64,000 nucleotides of DNA from NCBI RefSeq assembly GCF_036321535.1, contig NC_087436.1, positions 118,732,001 to 118,796,000 of the forward strand, read 5' to 3'. Within the stretch, counting starts at the first letter, position 1. Each line of letters opens with the position of its first letter. Under the pieces are notes generated by a model that was given only the letters and a program-made list of their open reading frames with translations, ran no database searches and was not told the origin of the DNA. Both the position numbers and the translations under genes were made by a program. Positions 14,636-28,217 of this stretch are shown in pieces. This DNA is from Camelus dromedarius. Its lineage: Eukaryota.

Positions 14636-15665
14636 GACGGTGTGTGACACTTGGGAGGTAAGTGCAGGTCGTATGGTGAACCAGTGAATGGATGGCTGGG
14701 TGGGTGAATGGACAATCACGCAGACTGATACACACAGTAACAAAAGAATGTTTCTGATACGTGAATTTCCTCACGTGAAAAGTTTTACAAAGAGGAGAAA
14801 AAAAGGAAAGCTCATGTAAATACACATTGGATGACTTGCCTTTATTAAAATGAAGGAAAATACCAAAAAAAAAAAAAAAAAAAAGGTGAAGGCCCAGATA
14901 AATCCAAGACACATGGCTGCTGGGAGATCGGTAAACCTGTCCACCCCGAGCCATAACGCTACTGCATTTCCATGCTGGGCTTCTCCTTTGACATACAGGC
15001 AAGGCCCCACCTCATTCTGCTGGCCTAGGTATCAAAAAAGATCCCGGGCTTTGGACAAAGACCTGGATTCAAATGCCCTGGACCATGTCGGTTCCATCAG
15101 GGAGACAGAGTGCACGCCAGGGGGTTCAGCAGTGAGAATCAAACACAGGGAATCTGCCTCACAGATGACAGAAGAGCTGAGAGGCCAGACAGAGGTGACA
15201 GGTGACCCAGGATTAGCTCCTGCTGGGAGCCACTTCTTCCCCTCGGGCTGGAAGGACACGCAGAGAGGAGGTGGTGATACTGGGGTCCAGGAGCAGGACC
15301 ACAGAGGAAGCTGAAAGCACGACTGGATTGCAGCCCTGGTTGGAGACATCACCCGGTGCAGAAGAGAGGGGACAGTACCCTGGCTTCTCCCTTCCTCCTC
15401 CCTTCTGTGCCTCCCACTGGCTGGACCCAACTGGAAGCCAGCAAGCAAGGGAGCCTGGGAAACAGGCTCAGCCCCTGTGACACAGAGCGGAGGACAGGAA
15501 AGACAGAGAGGGCACTGAGGGCCAGGGACTGTGACGGGCAGCTTATGTACCATAGGTTCGCCTGCAGCCCCGGCCGTAGAAACGATTCAACCCACCATTC
15601 TAACACGATCCTGACACCCCAGGACGTGTTACGTGCGCAAGGAAGAGGTCCAAATGGCATATTTA

Positions 15666-15965
<300 letters not shown>

Positions 15966-17059
15966 TCATGGACCAAGACTTAATACAATTGAGTGAGTTT
16001 GCAACACAGACCTTCTGGAGATTTCGAGGTGGCTGCAATGCCTTCAGATTGCGCAGGAAAATATCCTTTGAGGAGGGCAAGAACAGTGGATTATTTATGA
16101 GTGGGGGACTCGGGTTTCACCTGCACAAACGTCATACAATATGAATGAGAGCCTCTCGTTTTACAAGCAGCATGCCAGCACTCACCCCAAGTGGAAGAGT
16201 CACTTAGAATGAAAAATGTCACAATATGTACAAAGAGGGAAGATGAGATTTCCCGGCAGGACCACCCGCGTGTCCTACGTTCTCGGCAGCGACGCGCAGG
16301 CTTTCGCCCTGGAACGGATGGAGTTCTAACCCCCTCTCTGCGTGCAGCGAACGTTTACCACAGGCCTGGACTTCTCTAAGGGAAGAGAAAGGGGAACTAG
16401 CCTGGCACTGGGTCACCTCACCTTATCTAGTCCAGTCCTCCTGGAAGCCCTATGAGGTGGCCGTTGTCATAACCATTTTACAGGTGATGAAACAGGGGTT
16501 CTGGAAGGTGTCCCCGGCCCCACAGATGGGAAGTGGCAGAGTTAGGATTCAAATCCTGGTCTGAACCAAAAATCGAGGGGTCAGGAATGAACTAAGACTG
16601 CAAACAGGAGGAAACACATCCCACAGCGGGGGTAGGCAGGAGGGACTCTGAGGCCGGGTAGATGGCCTTGGAATCACAGCTGGCTGGGGTGGGCAGAAGG
16701 CTTCTCCAGGCAGGAGGAGCCTCAGAACCAAAGCCCCAGGGCAGAGTCAGGCAAGGCGAAGGGAGTGGGGCGGTCGGGTTGGGCTCACCCAGGGCACATA
16801 CCGAAGGGGGAAATGAAGACCCAGGACAGAAGGTGGCTTGGGGCTGTATCCCCGTGGGCTTTGAGCTCCGGGATGTGGGCTGTGGCATCTCTTTTGGGGC
16901 AGTAGGGGGTCCTGGAGTGTTTAGAGCCAGGGAGGGGCCTGATCAGATATTACTTTGAGGCTGGAGCACGGTAGAGGTGCAGGAGCCAGAGCCGAGGCAA
17001 CTGGCCATGGAGGAGGAGCCAGTGCAATAAATTGGCCTGGTGCAGAGTGGTGCAGGGAC

Positions 17060-17740
17060 AAACAGAAGTGGAAACGAAGAGACTTCATTCTCCCTGTTAG
17101 ACATTATGGAAGAGACTCGCCCTGCCCTTTCCTTAGAGCATTTACTTTGGAAAACGTAGTTCTTTCCTAATCTCTTTGAAATATCTGCAAATCCTTTGAA
17201 AAGCTAAAGAAGACTTTTGCAGGTTTTCTGACCCAGGAATGTCTTTCTGAGTGTCCTGGGAACCATCTCTTTGGAATGTAAACATCCATGGAAAACAAAA
17301 GCCTATCTCCCAGTTTCCGTGGGAGGGGAGGATCCCAATTTTGTGGTCCTCTGGCTCCAAGCTGCAAAATTACCTCCTGTCATAAAGATAGGAGAAACTG
17401 AAATTCCCATTTTCCTTTATAGAAAAATTAATACACACAAAGGGTCACCCCAATGGCCCGGTGGCTTTCAGGTGACCTGTGTGTCACAAATGGTGCAGCC
17501 AAGTTCTCTTATTTGAGAACAAATTGTAGTGTATCACAAGGACCGGTACGAATGCCCTGGCTAATCATGGGTGAGATTCCTTTCCGTCTTTGCAAATCTC
17601 TAGGCGGATGGCCTGTGATGCACATTGCATTCTGGTTTGATGCTCATTAGATAATGAAACTGTTATCTTTCTTGTCTACCTTTGGGGAGAGGTTGTCTGG
17701 GTTGGGGGAAGATTGTGTCTTCAAGTCTATTTCCCTGATA
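17060..17740 (+). mobile_element. ERV1 LTR relic (MER34/MER39-like)
   Basis: gggaaccatctctttggaatgtaaacatc, ctcccagtttccgtgggaggg, ttacctcctgtcataaagata. Confidence 0.65.
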
Positions 17741-18716
17741 GTGGCCACGGGGTAGGGTGGCTCAGGGGGCAACAGACACAGAGTGGTCAGAGGCAGCAGG
17801 GTGGGGACTGGCTCAGAGGGGGTGCATGGGGCAGCTCAGATCTCAGGCACTTCCCAGATGGAATCCTGGCCAAATCACTTAACCAATCATAAAAGGGCAG
17901 GGGGGTAAAAATAACACCAAGGTCAACAGCTGCTGGGGGGTCGGTGAGCTGCCGCGGGCAAAGCACTCTGGCTGCAGCGGGCAGGCTGTTCGGAGGTGGG
18001 CAGAGGCAACGCCATGCGGTTCCAGGTTGCCTGCCCGGGCCGTGTGCAGCTCTGCCTCTTCCGTGCTGAGATCTCAGACAGTTACGGCCCTCAGGAAATG
18101 AGGCAAACGGCAGCCCCCTCCCTGCCGTCCTGCGTCACTTGGCTCTCAAGGGCCGGGTCCTGTGTCTGGCGCGGTGAGCCCCCAGGGATGACCGCCACCA
18201 GGCGCATCCTCCAGGAGGAGGGTTGACTGACGGCTGATGGCGGCAGAGGGGCCACCTGGAAGACCACTGCCAGACCTGCAAGGAGGGGGAAGCAGGGATT
18301 CTAGCCCCTTTGATGGGAGGAGCCGGAGGGAAGGCGCATGCTCCCTCCTCCCTCCGGGACAGGCCAAGGGCATCTGAGCCCCGGGGCCTCTGCCTGGGGA
18401 CGGGTCTTCAGACTCTTTTTGGATAAGTAACTAGTCTGTGGGGTTCATCTGAAACGAGCCTTCAGGCTCTGAGGGAGAAGGATGGGAAAGGCCTGCCCGT
18501 GGATTATCACCCCTGCAGGCTTCTCAGGGCTGGAGACCTGGGGAAGGGGACACGTGGCCGCCCGGAGCAGGTGTAAGGACAGGGCCTTGCACCCTCAGCA
18601 CCTCAGTGAGGTGAGGTTCTTCAAGGCTGAGGGGGGTCACAGGAAGGACGCAGAACCTGGCCGAGAGCGGGGCTCTGGGGCCACTTAAGGTGTGATGGCA
18701 GCCCCAGAGAGATGAC

Positions 18717-18980
18717 AGGGGGAGGTGGGGAGGAAGGTAGGAGGGGAGAGGGGGGAAGGGAGGGGCGAGGGAGGTAGGGGAGGGAGGGGGAGGGGGAAGG
18801 AGTGAGGGGAGGGGTGAAGGGTGAGGGGAGGGGTGAAGGGTGAGGGGTGAGTTGGGAGGGGAGGAGAGGGGTGAGGAGTGAAAGGTGGAGGGGAAGGGTG
18901 AAGAGAGGAGGGGAGGGGGAGGAGGGGGAGGGTGGGGAAGGGGAGGAGTGAGGGCGGGGGGGGGGGAGGGGAGGAAGTGA
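18717..18980 (+). repeat. G-rich polypurine low-complexity tract
   Basis: About 260 nt almost entirely G/A with many G3-G5 runs. Confidence 0.9.
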
Positions 18981-21622
18981 GGATGAGGAGCCGGGAACAG
19001 CTCAGAGCCAGAGAGTAGCATCACCGGTTAGGAAGTCAGCCCGAGTTCCCTTCATCCCTCTGGTAGCTCTGTGAGGAGGGTGGGGGTCAAGGGTGGCCCC
19101 AGCCCCACTTTCCGTGAGAAAGGGCCAGTTCAGCTGAGCCTGCAGCTCTTCTCCCCTGGAAACCACACCTGCCTGGGAGCTGACTGCGTCACTAGGCAAC
19201 AGCCTCAACCTCTGCCCTGAGCGGTGAGCTGGCCTGGGCACCCCACGCTGTGGGGGACGCATCAGTGCGTGAGCTCACGTCTGGTGGGCCGCCGGGGGTA
19301 CAGTGGCTCCTGTGACCAGGCCTGTCCCTTGCCGAAACCTTGGAAGCCATGCCTGGGGCTGCCACAAGAAATACTGGCTCCTACTGGGGACTTTGGGTTT
19401 CTAAGCTGGGGCAGCCCCCGCACCCACTCCCTCACACCTGAGCATCTCCAGGGGGCTGGATGGTCTCCGCTGAGGACGACTCCCACAGCGATGCACTGAT
19501 GCTGCCTGCCGCGCCTCCTGCCAGTGTCTGAGAGTCTTGTGGGTCTAACTGTCCAGCTGCGCCCCACGAGACCTCTTGTGAGGTGGGCATGGGGACTATC
19601 ACCCCATTCCACAGATGAAGATATTAAGACTTGGAGCGGCAAGTACTTGGCCGGCGTCCACTGCAGGGAAGTAGCTGTCTGAAAGTGGACCCGGATGGGT
19701 CTGTTTTCTAAGCCACCGCCATTCGCATCCCATTGTCTGAGTGGGAGGGCAGAGTGGACAGACGTCGGGCAGGAGGGCATGAGGACCACGCTCCTACCAC
19801 AGGGAGAGGATGAACACTTTGTGTTGTGGGAACAGCTTCCCAGAGACCTTCAAGTGCCTCCCAGATTTCTGCCTGCGGAGTCAGCAAAGCAAGGCTTCCT
19901 TGTGCTTCTTGGGCCCAGAGAAAGCAGGTGTGCTTTTCATTTTCACTGACTGCGTGGTTCCACGTTCCCAGTGCTACCTGGAGGCTCAGATGCCTCCTTT
20001 TTTGAAGCCAAGACATCAGTTCATTTGCTTTTGGTTACCAAATGTGGGAAAGTCATGGGGGCTGGTGTGGCGGTGCTTTGGGTTTAGATTTTAAAAGAGA
20101 ACGGTCACTTCTCATCTGTCTCGGGTGCATGTTTGCATAGAGCCCCATAATCTTTTGGTTTGGTCTGGACATCCCTCCCCATCTGGCTGGGTGCCCCTTC
20201 TGCACTGAGCTCCACGTCCTTCTTCATCCTTGGATTTGTCCTTCTGAGAACTGTCAGCTTTTCTGTTGGATTCCCTCCTCCCTTGATTCCTTCGGGCCTG
20301 AATTTCAGTCATTTTCATCTTCCCATGGGTTTTTCTCACTAGAATTGCTTCTGCAGCCCAACAAACACAGAGCAGTGAATCTTCCCATCCTTGGGATCAA
20401 TCCATCTTTGCCTTTGGCTTCTTCTTCCGACTGACGCAGCTATCCTTTCCTTCACATTCACTACCTTCTATTTCACTTGATCTATTTTGATTCCAAAAGT
20501 CTTGCTTCCAAAAGGTTGGGGGAGGACAGTCGTATGCCCAGGCGCCTTCCCCTGACGATGCTCCCGCACCCAACTGCTCACCCTAGAATAACAACAGCAA
20601 CAATAAGTAAAAAAGTAACTTCTGTTCTCCGGGGTTCCCTCCTGGGATGGACTCCCACCAGCTGGTGTCCTGCCCTCCTTGGCGGCTGCGCCCCATTTGT
20701 TCTTCTGGGAGGCTTGGTTCAGAGGCCAGTCTCCTGAGATCAGGAAGGACTGCCTCCTTCTCCGTGGCTGTGAGACAGGGGAGCTGGTCTCAGACTGCTG
20801 CAGAAGGAGCCTCATTCCCCGCAGGTGCTCCAGGGGTCATTCCACAGCCCAGCATTCCTTCCTTGCCGGCCCCTTGCAAATTACAACCCAGATGCAAGAC
20901 AGCGTGGTCTAAAAGGGGGTGTGTGTCCACTTCTCAGTCCTCGTTGTACATGGCCCCAGGCACAGTCAGGCTCTGGGCCATTCACGGTGTCACCCCCACA
21001 AGAGTGAGGGAGCCCAGGGCTTCTCCCGTGTAAATCTGAGGTCCTGGGGTCCACCTTCCACAGTGGGTGAGGCTCCAGCCCTCTCTCTCTGGCCGCCAGC
21101 TGCCAAATCCAGCTGCACACGGATCTGGAGGGTTTTGATGACGGGCTTGACTTTGGGTTCAGATTGCAGGACGTTTGCAAGTCACTCTGGCTGACAGACC
21201 CCAGGATGCACAGGGCACAGTTCGTGGAGACATATGTACATAGTCAGTGTCTAGCCAGGCACGCACACCCTGGCCAGGGGAGGCATGCCATGCGGGGACA
21301 AGGATGCAGACCTGTCCCCAGACAGTGCAGTGGCTTTCCACTCATTCAGTTTCTAGTAATTGCACTTGGTTTCCTGGTGTTCAGGTCTCTGCCCCTTGGG
21401 CTCTTGAAGGTGCCACAGTGGGGACTCGGAGGTGGCCCTGAGCTTGACAAATTCCCCATTGCCCCTGCAGAGCTCCCACAGCTCAGCCCAGCCAGAGATC
21501 CTAAGTGTGCCTCTTTGAGCTGTCATCAAGTATCCATGAATTCTGGTTTCAGTCTCTGGGCTTGGAATAGCTTGTTTTGCTGCTGAATTTTGGTTTGAAC
21601 AGGGTGGGGGTTGCCATAGGAC

Positions 21623-21652
21623 TCAGTTTATTCCATAAACTCTTTTTCTATC
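21623..21652 (-). other. Start of a probable downstream (3'UTR or alternative terminal) JAKMIP1 exon; 3' end not determined
   Basis: Strong acceptor attattttttaattttccag|GATAG; AATAAA at 21632-21627; candidate donor cgg|gtgggt at 22733/22732. Confidence 0.5.
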
Positions 21653-22757
21653 CTGGAAAATTAAAAAATAATTGGAAATGACACAAGAACCAAGGGTTAA
21701 AATGGTTGGAGAAGCCCCTGGCTTATCTGCCCTCACCTGTCCCCATCACTGTCCTGACCTCTCCAGCTGAGCCCACAGAGTGACCTCCCCAGACAATCCA
21801 GGGAAAGAGGAAACAGGTTCAGATCACCCATCCTCCGGCACCCACCCTGCAACCTCCAGTCTGATGAGCCCTGTGGTCATTCCTTTATTTGCTGCACTAG
21901 CACCGAATGAATGTCGACCATGTGCCAAGTGCTGTCCTAGGACCGGGGCACCGAGGATCCAAGAAAAGCCCCCGTGTGCAGGGGTCAGGCTCAGAATGTC
22001 CACAAGGATATCAGTCAAGCATGGGAGCTCAGCCTGGGGGTCTGGGTGGCCAGTGGGCTGCGGTCACCCCCAGAGCACACAGGGCCCTCACTTGGGCTGA
22101 ATTCAGGGGCTGATCTCAACACCTCAGGCCATGATGGGCACTCAGAACTGGGAGAACTGGGGAGGGGCTGGGTGCCAGAGCAGGAACTCAGGATGAGACA
22201 CGCAGGGCCCAATGACCAGAGCAGGACCAGCCTGCATCAAAGCCAGACATGGGGCCAAGGGCGGGGGGAGGGGCAAGGCAGGGCGCTTGGGCCCTTTGTA
22301 CAAGCTTCTGGGGCATTTTGTATGCAGCTCATGGACTTGCCCGCCAGCCCGCAGCTCCTGCAGACCCCTGACCCTACAGGCCTACTCCGGTCTGGACCCT
22401 ATGGCGAATTTACTGGCCCACAGCCAATACAGCCAAAATACAAAGAACCTTTGGGGAAAAAAATAACCCCCCTCTCAAGATCAAACACAACAGGGGACAC
22501 AAGGTCCCTACTGTCCATTCTTAGTCACAGGCAGCTCCCTGATCTTTCTCCCGGGGTGGACCTCGCCGGGGACCCCCAGTGATGCCCAGGGAGCCTGAAG
22601 CTGAGCGGTCCCCCACAAGGCCACCTTCCCCGGTGCCCCATCTCTCAAGGAACGTTCCAGTCAGAGCTGGGAGGAAATCTCATTTTTTAGAAAAATCATC
22701 ATTTTGACCAGTGAAGGTGAAAGGATACCCACCCGAGTGCTCGGCTCACGGAAGTCA

Positions 22758-22808
22758 TCAAGGCCACAGAATGAATGCTAGTGAGAAAAACAAAAAAAGG
22801 AACAAAAA
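22758..22808 (-). CDS. JAKMIP1: Last coding exon of long JAKMIP1, hydrophobic tail anchor FLFLFLFFSLAFILWP*
   Basis: Long pyrimidine tract with ttatag| acceptor; tandem TGA TGA stops; JAKMIP-family C-terminal hydrophobic segment. Confidence 0.95.
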   Translation of the reverse strand, partial: FLFLFLFFSLAFILWP

Positions 22809-25266
22809 CTATAACATAAGACCAAAAGAAAATGAGGAGGGGGGAAAAAGAAAAGAAAAGAAGATGTGAGATATGAGGTATGGAACTCAGTGACAGCATC
22901 GCACAAGAGCGCGGCACGGGGGTCGGGCTCGGAAAGAAGCGTGGGATGTGCGCGGGCTTTGGGGGCTGGTTCACCTGAGAAGCCGACCCCGCGGAGCTCC
23001 ACACCCCGGGCGGGTCCACCCCTACACCCTGCCCAAACATCCGGCTAACGCAGACGGGGGCATGTACGCGGCGGACCGGGCTGTTTTGGTGTTGAGGTGT
23101 GGCTTTCTTGAAGAACCCGGGCAGGACGGTGCACCCAGGGGAAGGGCCCTCCGATGGTGGTGGCTGATGGCTCCCGTGACATGCGCACCAGGGTCAGGGA
23201 AGATCCCGGCCAGGCCCCACATCCTCCAGTCCAGCCTGCGGACAAACAGGACCCCTCCCCCTACGCCATCCCTGCCCACTCTCCCAGGGGAGCCCCTGGT
23301 TACAGTCTTTTTATGCCACTTGATCAGCCTACTTTAAAAAGAAAAAACCAGTAGCAGAAGAGTGGCCTGAAAGTAATGAGAAAGGACACAGGCCTGTCTG
23401 AAAGCCGAGGCCTTCCCTTAGCTTACCGATGACTTGCTTTGTTCAAAAAGAACTGCTGGTGAGTAGGTGAAACCTGTCTGAGCCGTATCTGGGGCTTTTG
23501 AAAGTAATTCTCCCCGCCCCTCCGTCCCACGCCCAAAATAAAGTAACAGCTCCCCTAACTTATTATTTTAAAAATGAAAATCCAAACAGCCACCAAATTG
23601 TAAACAGATTGTCGAATCACTAGAAGAATCACCTAGCTACATGGGACTCTGAGGCCCGGGAGGGGGAAGGCCTTGCCAAGACCACCCCGTGGGGTGGGGC
23701 AGGGAAAGCTCCTTACTCCTGTCTGTGGTGGTTGGAGTTCTTTTTCCATGAGCCCAAGCCAGTAGTGCCCAAGGGGAACTCCTTGAAAAATATTTGAGAC
23801 ACCCTTGACCCCTCAAAACAGCCCTGGAAGCTGGTGGGGGGCACCTGCCAGCTGGGGACTCTAGGAATCTGCGTAAATGGAATTCCCACGGGGTTTCCAG
23901 GGCACTGGCAGCGGCCCCGCCCAATCCCCAGGGCAGATCCTGCAGCCCTGCCCCTCTGCTGCCCCTCTGAGGACCCTGCCAGTGGTGCAGGCTGCGAGGC
24001 CCGAGGCTCCAGGTACAGATGGGAAGACTCTTTAACCTGAATAAAAACCGACCCTCAGGATAGAAAGGGGAGGAAGCTTCTAAAGCTGGTGCAGCATCTG
24101 AAGAGCTGTCCTACGTCTCTGAACCCTTGTGTTTGATTCCCCCCAGGACAGAGCAGGCTGTCATCCCACGTGTACACAGCCCCGAGACTGCCTTCTGGAG
24201 CCTTTCGTGGCTTTGGAGCCGCTTTGTCCACAGAATGAGTCGATGTCCTCCCTCCAAAGACCAGCCCCAGGCACCTGAAGCTCAGAAATGCCCTTTCTCT
24301 TTTTCTTCGGGGTGACGGCACATCACCCTTCAAGCTTCCTGGGGCACATCCCCAATGGACACCCCCAGATGGGGTCAAAGCCCTTCACCCGTTCCCACGT
24401 GTGAGCTTACCTCTGTGATATGAAGTGTGCAATTGTGGGTCTTCTCTCTACTCATCTATTACTTGTCCTGCAAACATTTGATGGGCCCTATTCTGTGGCA
24501 AGAACTATCTTGGAGTCAGAGATGAGTAAAAGCTGGCCCCTGAGCTCAAGGAAGTCGTGCTCACCGGGCGGGTGGACAGAAAGTGGTAAGTGCCACGAAG
24601 ATGCGCACACATGAACCCCCTGGTCTGGACCAAGAGCGCGGGGGCGGGGGGACGGCAATGGCGAGGTGGCTGTGACCTGCCTGGAGATCCAACTCTCCCT
24701 TCCCAGCTGTGAGAGCGTGGGCAAGTGTCTGAGTCTTTCTCAGGCTCAGGTTTCTCGCCTGTAAGATGGTAATAACTAGGGAGACACCGGGGCAGGGTGT
24801 CCACATGTGACAGGCCAGTCTCACTTTCTACTGGGAGGGAAGACCCTTCCAAGAACACTTGCTAATTTTTGGCGTGTATGTCATTTAAGGTTTGGCAGAC
24901 ACGTCATTTAAGTCCATGGGAGGTAACCAATGTCTATGATCGGATTATCGCTCACAAAAGGAGGTCACCTCATCCTTCCTGGCGAGGTAGTGTCAGAGGG
25001 GTTCAGTGGAAGGTCTTTTACGAAAATAAAGGACACCCTCCTCCTCCCCCAACCTGAAGCTGATCCCGGGCCGTCCTTTGCTCCCTAGAAGAGTACTGAC
25101 GGGCTCCTCATCTCTTGGAGGCCTCTTTGGGAGGAACGAGCAGAGAAGAGAGGGCTGGACACAGAGCCGATTCTCTGGGCTTCATGAAACTGACTGGAGG
25201 AAGGAAACTACTTCAGGCTAGTGGCTCCTGGCAAGAAGCCCTGTGGCCCGCGCTCGCACCGCCTAC

Positions 25267-25332
25267 CTTTTCCTCCAGCTCTTTTAGGTGGCGCCTCTGG
25301 GCCTCCAGCTTACCCTCCAGTTCTCGGATTCT
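25267..25332 (-). CDS. JAKMIP1: JAKMIP1 exon RIRELEGKLEAQRRHLKELEEK
   Basis: gtttcag| and |gtaggc, 66 nt. Confidence 0.93.
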
Positions 25333-25853
25333 CTGAAACACATTAGGTTCTGCATCAAAAAAAGTAAAATTTCCAGGTTCCAACCCTATGCTTCATTGTT
25401 TACCGCAGGGCAGCCCACAAGCAGTGCATACAAATACTAAGTGGGCAGCTCGGCCAAGTTTTGTCCACGGGCAGGCCCGTCTCTCCACCCCCTGGATCAA
25501 GAGCAAGGCCTCCCCAGCACCCAGGAGGCTCCCGCAGGCCCCACGGGATGCCGTTCTGACCTCCATCACTAGAGGTAGGTCTCCCCTGTTCTTGACGTGT
25601 ATAGCAGTGGAAGTATGCAATGTGTATCCTTGGACAGGGTCTTCATAAAGCCCGAACGTCAAGGCTAGACCAAGACACGGAGGTGCTCTGGGCGGCTAAT
25701 GAAGATCGTGGATTCGAAGTAGCATCAAATGATGTACTTGTTCAAGATTTATTTACCGGGAGCCTGGGAGCTGAGACCGAGGAAGTGAGTGCCGGCAGTA
25801 GGCATGCCTGCTGCGTCCACCCAGATTCTTAGAAGCCCCCTTAGCTCTTGGTT

Positions 25854-25965
25854 TAGGATGACCAACTGTCCCAGTTTGCCCGGGACATTCCTGGTTTTAG
25901 CCCTGAAAGTCCAGAGTCTGGAAAAACCCCTCAGTCCTGGGCAAACAGGGACAGTTGGTCACCTA
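25854..25965. mobile_element. MITE-like hAT element (MER94-like) with ~30-bp terminal inverted repeats
   Basis: tgaccaactgtcccagtttgccc versus gggcaaacagggacagttggtca. Confidence 0.7.
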
Positions 25966-26294
25966 CTTGGCCAGTGTCCTCTGGGGTTCACACCCACCCT
26001 CGGCGGCTTATCAGTCCGTTCCATCCAGTTCTGCACAGCATTCCACCCGGGGCGGGGGGCAGGGGCTGGCAAGTGTGCCCTTGTCCAGTTTGCCATGTGT
26101 CCAATAGCACTTCGTCACCCTTCAAGGGCTGGTACCCCGGGCAGCTGCCCAGCTGGCTGCAGCCTCGCCAGACCTGATGCAGGTGGAGACCTCACTCCTT
26201 GGGGGACGCTGTCAGGCTGAAGGGCAGGCAATTCCGGTCAGCCAGAACTAAGCATGTGGACCCCTCATCGGGCCCCAGGAAGCCTCCTATGCAT

Positions 26295-26466
26295 TGATTC
26301 CTCAAACTCAGGTCGGCATCACCTGAAGGCCTTGCTGGTCCCCGGGGCCCCGCTCCAGGGTTTCTGACTCAGCAGTTCTGGGGTGGAGCCTGAGAGGCTG
26401 TATTTCCTGATTCCCGGGTGATGCAGACACTACTGGTCCAGGGACTTCACTCTGAGAACCATCACT
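26295..26466. mobile_element. MER5A-like hAT-Charlie relic
   Basis: gtttctgactcagcagttctggggtggagcctgaga, ctggtccagggac..cactctgagaacca. Confidence 0.65.
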
Positions 26467-27167
26467 GTGGGCATACCCACCCACTCATCGAACATGCCTC
26501 AGCTGGCCCGGGGCCTCGCGGAGTCTGTGGTCCAATCAGACTCAGACTATGGCGTTACACAAATACACAGACGGTGCACTGGATGAGCACAGGTGTTGTG
26601 GAGAAAGGCAGGCAGGGGCAGGGAAGGGATGGGGTGCTGTCTTATCTGGGTGTCCAGGGAAGGTCGCACAGCAGAGAAATAAGGAGTGTAAGCAGCTGAG
26701 GTGCGGGCTGGGGGGCCCAGAGGAGGCACAGAGCCCAGCGCATGGCGGTTTTCCAGGTGCAGAAGAGGGAAGGAAACTTCAGGCGGAAGGAATGGTGTCT
26801 GCCCTCAGCTGGGGTGCAGGGTTGGGGAGCAGAGCTCAGAGAGTCTGGAATGTCCCAATGAGAAGCCTGAAGATCTGGGGGTGTCCTGGGAGCTAGTGAA
26901 GGGTTTTAAGCAGGGAGATGATGAGATGTAGATTTTGGAAAGGTCACGCTGGGCAGCAAAGCAGAGGATGGACTGGCACAGAAGAGACGTGAAAAATACT
27001 TCTGCTCTCAGATGTGTGGCCTTGGGTAAGTGATTCAACCCCTACGGCCTTGGTTTCCTTATCTGTAAATTGGGGGTCATAGTGGCACCCACATCTGAGG
27101 GTTTAAGCAAATCCATGCAAAATGAATGCAAACTCATTTCCTTACAAAGCCAAACAAGTCATGGGAC

Positions 27168-27530
27168 CTTGCTATGGACTGAATTGCACCCCCCGCCCCC
27201 CCAGTTCTGTATCGAAGCCCTAACCCCCAGTGTGACTGTATTTGGAGACAGGGTTATAAGGTTAAATGAGGTCACAGGGTTGGGCCCTCACCTGGTAGGA
27301 TTGGTGGTCTTATAAGAAAAGGATGTTCTCTCTCTCCCTCCGTCTTCGCCCTGCTCTAGCCCCTCTCCGTTCACCTTACCACCTGGGGTCACAGAGAGAA
27401 GGCGGCCGTCTGCAAGCCGGGAAGAGAGCCCTCACCAGCAACCGAAACAGCCAGGGGCTTGACTTTAGACATCCAGCCTCTGCTGTCGAAGCCACGCCGT
27501 CTGTGGTGTTTGGTTTTGGCAGACACTTAG
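27168..27530 (+). mobile_element. MaLR LTR (MLT1A-like)
   Basis: tgctatggactgaattg, gaagccctaacccccagtgtgactgtatttggaga, agagccctcacca. Confidence 0.8.
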
Positions 27531-28217
27531 ACCCATTTGTAAATCACAGCCGTGTCTCTCTAAGACTAACTAACATTTGACAACTTTAACTTGCACAGAA
27601 GTCACCTGGGAATCCTGTTAAAGGCAGTAACAGGATTCAGTAGGTCTGGGGTGGGGCCAGCCCCCAGCTGACATCCATGGACCACACTCAGCAGCCAGGG
27701 TTGGACAGAACAGGAGGCTGCCCTGAGTGTTGACATCTATGTGTGTTATTATGAAAAAGGAGACCCCCTTCCACCGGCCACCTCCCGGCACCAGGCGCTC
27801 AGTAATCGACCTGCACGTCTCATCAATGCCTCAGAACGATGTATCATCCAATACCGGCTGATACCAGTGCAATTCAGTAAGAGTGAGGGCAGCCTCCCTA
27901 TACAAGGGGAGGAAGGGTGTCTACCATTGACCTTCAGTAGAATTCTCAACTAATCTGAAAATGATGCCGAGATAAAGGAAAAGCCATTTCCAGAGCTGGG
28001 TCGAGCTCTTAATCACCTTTCCCCGTGCAGGTACGTGCAATGGACCGGACAGGCCAAGGGGAGCATATGAGGAAGTGATTTGTCCCTGCGATCTTACACA
28101 AACACTCAGAAACCCCTGTATTTTAAATGACTTTCTTCTCTAAGGGAAGCCAGTCCTCCAGCTGCCCACGCAGGCCACATGGCTTGCTTTCAGTCCTTTT
28201 AAAAATATTATCTTGTA

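Noticed and set aside
18524..19024. 166-aa proline-rich ORF
   Set aside because: Translation of the G-rich low-complexity tract.
20112..20339. Charged 75-aa minus-strand ORF between JAKMIP1 and C4orf50
   Set aside because: Purine-rich composition, non-ATG start in the track, no convincing splice sites or recognisable homology.
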